From positions 245,768,001-245,832,000 of the forward strand of contig OZ024740.1 in assembly GCA_964016885.1 (NCBI GenBank): a stretch of DNA of 64,000 nt. The letters are read 5' to 3'. The notes beneath the pieces are model-generated. The model was not told the DNA's origin and ran no database searches. It saw only the letters and a list, made by a program, of their open reading frames with translations. Position 1 is the stretch's first letter. Each line of letters starts with the position of its first letter. Positions 24,774 to 35,339 of this stretch are shown here, one piece after another. The stretch is from Eledone cirrhosa (Eukaryota). The translations under genes were made by a program, and so were the position numbers.

Positions 24774-27700
24774 GTGAAAGTATGCAGGTCGCAGGTAATT
24801 TTGCTCCTGTAAGTTTGTGATTTTTAAAGTTTTTATTGCGAACATATTGTAAAAATTTATATTGTTTTGTGTTTAAACACACTCCGCTTCTTTTGAGGTG
24901 GTTGAAATTAAATGGTATTTTGCCCTTCGGGGCTAAATTCCAATTTGCATTTAGCAAATACGCCCACAAAAAAAAGAAAAGAAAAATGGCATCCTTCAAA
25001 AAATCTGTTTCTCTACCATTTCTCCACACAAAAATTACTCCTTCAGCAAGCTATCGTTCTCTACCTTGTCTTCCCTCACAACAATTTCTTTCTTCACCCA
25101 GCTGTCACCGTGGAGTCTCACATTCCTTTTTGTCTTCTTCATCATCACATAGTTAAAGTCAGCCAAAGACCATTTCCTTCTCTTCTTCATCAAGCGGCGG
25201 TTGAGAAGCGGCTGCTGCTGATACATTTGACAACAAAGGAGGTAGCAGCAGCAGCAGCAGCAGCAGTATTAACAGTAACACCTGTGGTAGCAGTAGCAGC
25301 AGCAGCAGCAACACCAACACTGTTTATAGCAGAAGCAACAACATCAGCACCAACACCAAGACCAGTGGCAGCAGTAGCGGCGGCAACAATGACGCCACTG
25401 AAAGAGAGACCATCTCTTTTGCAAAGGTGGCTCGCAACATAGAAACAGTCCTGATCACAGAGGAGGAGATGGCGGTCGCAAGACACATAGTAACCAGAAC
25501 TGAATTTTCAGTGTCTTTGAAACCACCAACCGACTTCTTGGAGGAACAAGAGCGACGCACAGTGTCATACCGCACAATTGCCATGAAATCGGGTCGTGTG
25601 GACAAAGCCTCGGAGGCCCAAATCCAGAAGGCCTTGGGAACTGTGTGGGCACAGAAAACCCACAACACCCCTGGCAAGAAATATGCTACCGTGGACGTCC
25701 TTTTTGCTACCACCCAGGAAGCAAAATCGCACTCACTGAGGACCCTACGGAGCGATGACGAAACATTAGTCTCGTTTTAGTGCAGGAAAAAAGGTCAGGG
25801 TAATCCAGATCCCGCCCTACGCACCCGTGCATTGGCTGGTCGTGTCTGTTCTTGCGGGCATCGAGGATAGTACAACCATTCTTCAGGTACAGAAGTTGGG
25901 GAGAGAGGACTGGTCCGTTATTAGAATGGAGATGCCCATCCAAACCGACCAGGACTACATCAGCACTATTCCCGACGTAATAGACCTCGGGAATGGCTCC
26001 GAACTGCCCATATCTGTGGAAGGAAGGTGCCCAAAGTGCTTCAACTGTGGATCAAAGTCTCACCTCAGGACCTTCTGCCCACAGAAAATAACAAAGGTGA
26101 AGGTCCCCCTCCTTCCAACGCCGGAACCCTGCCATCAGAAACAGAGCAGTCAGTGAAAAAGAGTAGGAGGACAACGTCCATGGCACCCACACCAAAGCCA
26201 GTGACAACAAAAACAGCGGTGGCAACTGCAGCAACAGAAACAGTTACGCTAGTCACAGCTGTGCCATGAACAGCAGACCAGGCTCCACCACCACCAACAA
26301 CAACAGCTCCTCCCTCCAAATGCAAAGGCAAAGAAAGAGGGATAAAGACTGCAAGGAGACTTGTAGCAACACCACCACCATCACTATCACCACCACAAGC
26401 ATCACCACCAACAACAACCACACCACCAGCATCACCACAAACAGCATCATTGCAAACACAACAAAGCACACACACCCAACAGCAACAACAAGAAAACAGC
26501 AACAACCCCCCATGAGAATTTATACAGATATCATGTTGGAGACACCCATGACCAGCTGGAGGGACGGTTCTACTGTCTCTTCCCCACACGATCAAGGTAA
26601 ATCATCCTTTCTCACTTACCCGTTCCTCACCCAGCATGGCCGTGCTCAGAATAGGCAGTGAAAATGTACGTGGCCTGGGATCATCTTGGAAGCAGGGTCA
26701 CCTGCTCAACGACCTCAGGTCACTAAACATAGATGTTGTGGCTATCAGCGAGACCAGAATCTCCAAAGCATGAGCCTTCGCACCGATCTTCGGCGGCTAT
26801 GATGTATACGCATCTCCCAGCCATCCAGGATCGAGAGGAGTTGCTGTGCTTTTTCAGAGAGGCTTGGACCCAGAAGGTAAGTCGGTGGAGCTGGACGTGA
26901 CCGGCAGCGAAGGCAATGCTTTCAGGCTAGTAGCCGTCTAAGCCCCATCAGGGGCAGGATGGCCAGATTTCTTCAGATTTCTTGGAACGTCCCGCTCTTT
27001 AGTGTTAGTGGGCGACTGGAACGGTATCTTAGATGTACGCTGGGATTATGTGGGGCTAGTAAACAGGGGAGGAGGGTGTAAAAGCCTCAACAACCTGCTC
27101 AGACGTTTTGAACTGTCTGACAGGTATAGATTGGATTATCCGAATATGCCAATGTGAACATGGGCAAACCGCATCGGGTCATCCAGATCGTATTTAGATA
27201 GGGTATTCTGTAGGGAAACAAATAAGGCTAGTGTAGGTTGTCTACAATTTAAAGTAGTTGACTACACGGACCACAAATTCATGACCTGTGAAGTTGACTT
27301 AGATAGACTCAATAGGCAAGGGCCCGGCTACTGGAAGCTGAACTTGTCGTTCCCGGCGCGCAAAGCTTACAGAGACCGGATTAGCAAATTAGTTAAGTGT
27401 GCGTTGACAGGTGCGATCATAAACAACAGGTGGTGGTTTACTCTGAAAAGGGCAATTAGAGTAGAATTGATAAGGTTTAGCAAAGGAGTAGTGATAGAGG
27501 AAAATAGAGTAGAGGGAGAGTTAGTTAGAAAGCTAGAAGAGGCGTTTAGGACACTCATCGCAACCGACGTGCTTGCGGCGAGATTGGTACTCGACCAATT
27601 CTTCAACGCAAAGCATGAAGGCTGCTTTGTCATAGCTAAAGCACGTGGTCTAAGACACGAGGGGCTGAAAGCCGTTCAATGGGCTCGGGTGGTGGAGGCG

Positions 27701-30289
27701 TGAAGTGGCAACAAGTCCACAATTCGGTTTTTGTCTGATCAAAACGGGCGCATATTGCTCAAACCCAAGCAGATCTGTGTGGCTTTTCAAACAGCACTTT
27801 GCTCAATTGTTCGGGAGCGGCAGTGGGCCGGATCGGAGTATGGACTTCGGTGCATGCCTCGACGGACTGTCGTGGCTCTTGACGACTGCAGCACAGTGCT
27901 GTGAAAAGCCGATAACATCAGGTGAAATATGGGAAGCGATGTCTGAATGCACGAGGGGTAAATCGCCAGGTTTGAATGGTCTGCCCTATGAGCTTTATGT
28001 GTACTTGCCAGACTTGTTCGGCGACCTCTTGGCAGATCTCTACTGCAACTGGTTGCAGAACGGGAGCATTCCCAGTTTTGTGAGCCGGGGAGCGGTGGTG
28101 CTGCTGAGAAAAGACCCGAACAAGGGGGATGTTATAGACAACTTCAGGCCCATAACTCTGCTTAAGGCAGAATTTAAGATTTTGACCAAGGTGTTAGCAA
28201 AGAGATTGACGTTTGTCGTTGGTGATCAGGTGGGAGAGGTGCAGACATGCACCATTCCAGACAGATCCATCCACGACAACCTCCATCTCATGCAATATAT
28301 CATAGAGAGGGTGGTTAAGGAACCTGGCACGGGTGGGGCCCTGATCAACTTGAATCAATCTAAAGCATTTGATAGGGTTGACCATCAGTCCTTGGCTGTG
28401 GTCCTCGAGGCGGCCGGCTTTGGGCCCGTTCTTAGGGGCTGAATCGCTGCGATGCACAGCAACATCTGCTCAGTTGTGAGGGTAAATGGTCACCTGTAAC
28501 AGCCATTCAGATCATGCGCTCAGTCCGCCAGGGTTGTCCCCTCTCATCCCTCTTGTATGTATTGGCCCTCGAGCCGTTACTGCACAAATTGGAGGTGATG
28601 AAGGGGGGGGGGCACGCAAACTGGGATGCGGGAGATCCATGTCAGCTTACGCCGATGACGTCACCGTGGTGGTGTCGAGCACCAAACACGTTCAGATGCT
28701 CGGCACCGCTCTCAAGGAATACGAAGCGGTGACAGGAGCAAAGATAAACCAGGAAAAGTTGGTGGGCTTGCAACTCAGCACCTGGAGAGGCAAGTCCATG
28801 CCATCCAACAGCGTTGTGGGGCGCTGGACGGAAGGACTGGTTAAATTGCTCAGGGTCTGGTTCGGGCCAGACCTCCAGATGGAGAAAAACTGGAGTGAGG
28901 TGACGAGCAGGGTGGCTTCTCTAACCCAGAAATGGGCGAGAGGAGACTGTCTCTGAAAGGTCGCGCAGAGGTGGCGAATGCGTACATTGCATCCGTCATC
29001 TGCTACCGCCTGACCGTTGTACCTTGCCCCCCATTCAATTTTGACCAAAATGGGACACCTTCTCTTCTGCTTATTATGGAAGGGACATGCTCCCATGGTT
29101 AGACTATCCATCTGCTGTCAACACCCATTGCGTGGAGGACTGGGCATGCTGTGGCTGATGATGCGCTGAGGCTGCGACATCTCTGGTGCTTCCTTGATGG
29201 TGAACAGGTGTGGTTGCTGTTTGTCAGACACGCTTTTTCCCAGCTTGTCTCCTTGACGGAGCTGCAGTCCTGGATCAGGAAAAGACCAAGGGATAGTGCT
29301 TGGAAGCTGGAATGTCTCCAAGTGCTCTCCGCCCTCTACCAGTTGGGCACTAGTATCGGTGGAACATCCACCACGGCGTTCTATAGAGGATTAGTGGATG
29401 GGAAAAGCGACGAGGTTCTTGGGGAGACCCTGGGCATCGAAGACGATCAGCTGTTTGCTCTCTTCAAGAGAACTTTCAGACCGGGGCCTATGGACAACTT
29501 CCAGAAATCCCTGGCCTGGCAGTGCTACCAGGGAGTGTTGCCCGGTTCGGGATAAGCTCTACAGGCACGGAGGTGCTGTCAGCCGAGCCTGTCCAAGATG
29601 CGCGCAGGGCAACGAAACCGTCCTGCACGCACTCGTTTGGTACCCAAGGATTGCTGACTTGTGGAGCTATGTCAAACAGTTGCTGTCGCGTGTAGGACGG
29701 ATCCAGTTATTGACTGAGTCAATTGTGCAGATAGCCCCGCTATCCTCCTTTAAAGAGGAGGAAGGGCAGGCAGTTTTCATCTGCCTGGTAGCCATGGCGG
29801 AAGAGATTGTGTGGTGGACAAGGTTGAAAGGGTTGAAGACGGACACTTTCCTCTCCAGCCAATCCCTGATTAACTTTTTCAAATTTCACTTGAAGAGGAA
29901 AATCAGGGTGGAGAGACAAGTGCTGTCTTCAAATAAGTTTGTTGAAAGGTGGGTGAAAGTGGCGAGTCTGGTCCGAGTGAACGGGCCCGCTCTGAGTATG
30001 CGCCTGTAGACTGAGGAGTGGGAAAACTGAGAGAGAGCACTTGCCCTGGTGGTCAGGGTGGCCGTGGTCTTTTGTGTGGTTTTCGCCACGGGTGACCCTC
30101 GGAGATTTCCCCCCGTTTTGGGGAATTTTTTGTTTGAATTTTTTTTATTTCTATCTTGTTATAACCTTTTTACATGACCAAAACTCACTTGTATCGTCCT
30201 GTACCATTCTGTGCCGTCTGAAATGTTTTTCTTCATGTTAGCCCTTGTGGTCAATAAAGAAATCATTATTATTATTATTATTATTATTA
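24774..30289 (+). mobile_element. L1/Tx1-like LINE copy 3 (divergent subfamily), near full length, frameshifted
   Basis: ORF1 from ~24986 (knuckle CFNCGSKSHLRTFC). ORF2 from ATG 26636 has APE, RT (KSPGLNGLPYE, SKAFDRVDH, RQGCPLS, AYADDV) and a C-terminal CPRC...ETVLHAL finger ending at 30009. AATAAA and a (TAT)n tail follow. Confidence 0.9.
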
Positions 30290-30565
30290 CGGTCGATAAA
30301 ATAAAGTACCAGTAATGCATTGGGTAATTGCTGGCCTTGTGCCTAACGTAGAAACAATTATTATTATTATTATTATTATTAATAATTGTTTTTATTTTAG
30401 GCACAAGGCCAGCAATTACCCAGTGCATTACTGGTACTTTATTTTATCGACCCCGTAAGGATGAAAGGCAAAGTGAACCTCGGCGGGATTTGAACTCAGA
30501 TCGTAAAGGGACGTAACTATGCTGGAAAGCATGGCGTCCGACCCTCTACCGATACTGCCAATCCA
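30290..30565. mobile_element. Tail-to-tail SINE pair: plus-strand 3' fragment (30290-30380) and minus-strand near-full copy (30381-30565)
   Basis: Both match the SINE family and meet in a (TAT)n/(ATA)n tract, forming an ~85-bp inverted repeat. Confidence 0.9.
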
Positions 30566-31089
30566 ATAATAGTAGTAGTGATGAAGTGTGAAATTGGTGA
30601 GTGATTAAGTGAAGTTGGTCTTAGTGAGTCCAAGGAAACAAGCAGTTGTACTTGTTGTGGTGTGCTCATCCCAGCAAGGCTGGTTAGCGAGAGTGTGGCT
30701 GTGTATGTGGTTATATTGCAAGGCTGAAGGAAAACAAGAGATCTGTCTGTTGTAGAGTTGAAAGCCGAATGTATCTGCCAGTCGAAAATCTCTTGTATAT
30801 CAAAAGATTAGGCTGCTCATTAAGAAGACATCTTTTCAGACATCCCGACACCGTGAGCTTCTTAAAAGAGAACATCATCTAAGTTTGTGACTCTCAGGTC
30901 ATAGGTCAGTCTTAAGGGGGTTGTGTGTGGCAGACTAAGAAAACAATCGTGGGGAAATGTGAGGAGTTACTGGTTCAAGACATAATATCAATCAGACAAG
31001 CTAGAACATTTTATCATTCTCCGACAAAGGTTTCTTCCCCAAGATGTTTGAGTTCTATCCTTCCTTACTATAAAATAGTTTATTCCATT

Positions 31090-31480
31090 ACTATAAAATA
31101 GTTTACACCACCTATCTAGATCCCACGTAGTGTTTGGAAAGTCAGCAGAGCAACATCCTGTGTCTTTACTAAGCTGGTCGATTAAGGTTTTTGTTTTATG
31201 GCCAACCCATGTATATTTATATGAGGATATCTCTAATGACTTCTTGCTTAGCTCTTCAGCAATGTCCTACAAAGCACATGCGTCTCTCTCTAATGATATC
31301 AGTGATGGCAAAATGTTTGCTGTATGGTTTTTGTTTGGTCAGATGTTCCTTCCAGAAAATATTTAGAATGACCCGAAACATGCCAGTGTAAGTGTAGCAA
31401 TAATTTAATACTCTCTTCAATAGAACTTCATTTGCTCTATCAAGCAGCCACCCAAAACTTGACCTTGGATGAACGATTTT
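31090..31480 (-). mobile_element. Old RTE-like LINE 3' fragment
   Basis: Minus strand YTGMFRVILNIFWKEHLT...IIRERRMCFVGHC resembles an RTE C-terminus. Confidence 0.55.
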
Positions 31481-31899
31481 GATAAATAGCCAGTTTGTGG
31501 AATCAAAGCAAGGAGTTGTAGAAATGATTTCAACCAGTTAAGATCTAGTCACTATATCACACAGATCCCTGTGGGTCTCTCTCACTACCAGACAAGTAAC
31601 TATTATCTCATTGAAGAAGTATGGTAAAAACCATCTTTTGAATCATTGCACACATGCACATATCACAACAACTTAAGCCTTGTTTTCATTAGATTATCCA
31701 CAATAGCTTCGTAGCAGGCTATTAACTTAATAAATATATTCAAGTAGCAATCATGTTTTATTTGTTCATTCAACAGCATTTCACACAACGCTTATATATG
31801 GGACAAATTTTACCTTATGCATAATCACTAAGCAAGCCAACAACTTTACTACCACAAACTCTGCCACACTCAAATGAACAACAAACTTAAACCAAAAAT

Positions 31900-32460
31900 T
31901 TTCCATTGCTACATCTACTCTACAACCAAAATCAACTTTGTTACATAAGCACCATCAAGCCTTGTCTCTGGGTGTTTTGTTTGTGTCCAGGAAGTTGACC
32001 TGTACATTAATGTTGATCCCACAGTGGCACGGAAGAACCTTTTCTGAAGATCATCTAATAACAATGATTTCCAGAGGATACTGACGTCACCGAGAATAAT
32101 CCAGACTTTTGTGAGATGCATCTTTCTATCCTTTTCTGTAGGCACAATTCTGTTTCTTAAGTATATTTTAAGAGGGTTTAGTTTGAATGTATTTATTGAG
32201 CATTCCTTATTATAGCAGATGCATTCACCAATATCTTCTATGGTTTATTCTGATATGTCTGTGAGAAGTGTGATATCATCAGCATAATCCACATCTGTTG
32301 TTAATATGTGTGGGGTGCATTTTCTTAGACTGAAGCCAAGTTCTTTAATTTCATCAATTGATGTGCAAAAACGTAGTTCAAGCAGATACTAAATAGGAAT
32401 GTGGCAAATATATCGCTTCACAGAATGCCTGCATTATATCGAAGAAATCGGTGTCTCTGT
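31900..32460 (-). mobile_element. Old RTE-like LINE RT fragment
   Basis: Minus strand TDVDYADDITLL near 32260-32300, and FFRATVGSTLMYRSTSWT...RLDGAY. Confidence 0.65.
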
Positions 32461-32559
32461 CAAGTGATTGTATTTTAAGCACTTGTATTTTTGTAGAACA
32501 TTATAATTGTTGCTACTGTTTCTATAGGTATTTACCAACAATTTATATTTTTTCCTACT

Positions 32560-33392
32560 ATTCTAGATACTCAGAAGGGCACCAGAAAATAAGGGGATTA
32601 ACTGGCTGGAGCAACAGAAGCTTTCAACCTTGACATAGCAGACGATATTGTGATCATGGCCAAAAATACATTCGCTTTGAAGTATCTGATAAATGAGGTG
32701 GGGTCATTTGCAGCTAGTATTGGTCTCCAGATCAGACTAAGAAAAGACTAAGAATATGCTAGTTGGTATTCATCACCAACAAACACCTGCATCAATCAGA
32801 GGCATGTGGAGATCATGGATGACTTCACCTACATCAGAAGCTCTATCAACAGAAATGGGGACACGATGCAAAAAATTAATTGCAGAATAAACAAAGCTTT
32901 TGGCTGCCTTCAAGCAACCTAACAAAACTTGGAGAAGCAAAAAAATTTGTCTTGGTACCAAGATAAGATTCAACAACGGCAATGTGCTTTCAATGCTCCT
33001 GTGCAAGTGCGGAATGTGGAGTGTGAAAGCCAGCCAAGAAAACCAAATATCTATGCAAAATCCTTTGCATCAGGAAGTATGACTTCATCACCAACAAAGA
33101 TGTCCATCAACAAACCCACCAATAATGTGTCTAACATCATGTGCAAGTATCGTTTTGGCTGGTTGGGACACATTACACGACTGTGAGAGACATGTTAATC
33201 AAGCCCTGTATTGGTAGCCCTTCAGAAAGAGGGGAAGAGGATATCCCAAGATGAACTGGTGGCAAACAATCGACAGGGACCTGAAACCTGTCAACAAAAG
33301 TTGGAATGATGTATTGATGTATTGAGAGATACAACTAACCTTGGCTACCTCATGCGTCTCAAGATGCGGGAGCTTCTGAACTAAGCTAAGTA
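32560..33392 (+). mobile_element. RTE-like LINE 3' fragment
   Basis: LDIADDIVIMA, DFTYI-S, RINKALAAFKQ and RFGWLGHITR motifs, plus a terminal CTAAG-repeat tail. Confidence 0.65.
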
Positions 33393-33762
33393 ATCCTTCT
33401 GTAATTTTAAACCAGGTCTCTAATCAACAAGTTTGATGTAAAGATTATGTCTAATAGCAGTTTCTATAGGTCTATCTGAAGCTACTGGGAGTTCACTGAG
33501 AATGTTCCAGAAATGTTTTTCTACCTGTTTAGTTGTTCCTGGAGACTTGTGATTTATTTGTATTACGCCTTCATTTGTAATGCTTAGCATTTTTCCATGT
33601 TGAATCAGACATGCAAGTTCAGTCTTTTTCCATCTGGTGATATCTGAAGTTTAATTCATCACGATAAAAGTGATGTTCTTGAAGACACATGGTGTCTATA
33701 TTTAAAATGGTTGCTGATGCTACTAATTCAGATAGTTGGTTGATGGAATTAATAGTTTGTAC

Positions 33763-34232
33763 TGTAGATCACGCCACCTAGCGTCGACTTTGGAGGCAGT
33801 CGATTAACTGCCCTTAGTTCTGACGTCAGTAGCTGAAACAATCTCTCTTAGACGGTGATACCTCTAAGTGAACAGACATGTTTCCACGCAGCGACCAAAC
33901 AGCGATATCACACCATGCTGTCGCGGCATAATATGATGATTGACAATTACCCAACCTAGGAGCACTGATGTATTAACTGTATTATAATTTGCTCTAATTA
34001 AAATGTTCACGTAACATAATCTTGAGGTATGTTCCTTTTTGTTTGATGATGTGCAGCCTGTATATTATATCCAATTAGACGGGATGTCTGACCGTCTCAC
34101 CTAAAGTACATTGAAGATTGAAGTTATAGATGTGCACTTCCATGTTAGTAACGGCGTGTTAAATTTGGCACTGTAGTTGATTCTTTTAACGCGAGGCAAT
34201 AATCGGGCGATGCGCGCATGTTTGATGGGGAC
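33763..34232 (+). repeat. 5' LTR of the Gypsy element (carries a ~40-bp deletion near its 3' end)
   Basis: Highly similar to 38193-38708. Confidence 0.85.
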
Positions 34233-34545
34233 GAAAAAAAATTTCACAATGGCTGACTGGCCCACCAACATTCCCGCAAATTGTCTTCTTTAAATGCAGC
34301 CATCTGATTGGCTCAGCCTCGTCACGCGACCATATCCTTGTTTTGGAAAAGAAATGCGATGCCATCTTGTTTCATAATAACTATCCCGAATCACAGATAC
34401 CACCCTTCGGACTTTCGCTGCTATTTCTTGTACTGTGACTGAATTTCTTTTGCTTGCGGCAACTTTATGGATGTTGAGGGAAAATTGTGCTGTTTTCCCG
34501 TCGTTCTGAACATTACTTACTTTTATTCGTCCATGTGGAAATAGA

Positions 34546-35211
34546 TTGATGATGAGTGATCCTGGTTTGCCTGCGTTCTCAGGTGATACTAAACTCTGGT
34601 TTGCACAGCTCGATGTTTATTTCGCTGCAAACGAAGTGAAAACCCAGCAGAAGCTCAACTTTTTAATAAGTGGTATTCCTTCTTCACTCGCTACAATGGT
34701 GAAGGATTTGATTACGAACCCGTCGGCCGGTATTTTCTATGATTCGTTGCGGCAAGAAATTCTTGAAAGCAGATTTCGTTCATTGTTGGAGGATGAGTGT
34801 TTAGGCGACAGGCCGCCGTCCGAATTTTTGCGCATTAGGGACCTCAGTGAATCGCCCAAACAGGATAATTCCTTTATAAAAAAATTATTTTTCTCTCGCC
34901 TGCCAAACAACGTCCAAATTATTTGGGCAAATATAGTGGACACCAGCTCTTTGGAGCAAATTGCTGCTTCTGCGGATCGAATCGTGGAATTTTCTAAAAA
35001 GGCTACCGCCTCGGACTGGCGTATCGCTTCCTCACATTTGAACCAGCCCGTCTCAACACGCGAGGATACCATGTTGAAGGCTATTGACGCTTTGATGCAG
35101 CAAGTCGCTCGATTATGCAGGGAGAATAGGCCGTATTCCCGGCGTTCGCATTATTTCGCGACTCCACGTCGGCGTACTACTTCGCCCTTCAGCAACCAAT
35201 CATTGTGCTAG
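34546..35211 (+). pseudogene. gag: Gypsy Gag
   Basis: LPAF...KLWFAQLDVYF, LGDRPPSEFL and KLFFSRLP motifs; a stop interrupts the terminal Cys/His region. Confidence 0.8.
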
Positions 35212-35339
35212 TATCATGCCACCTTTGCGGATAAGGCAAATCATTGCCGGCCTCTGTGTAATTATTCGGCTGCGGGAAATGTGGATCAGAGTCACTAAAG
35301 GCGGCAAGTGAACTCTGCGAGACACAACGGAACCGCCAT

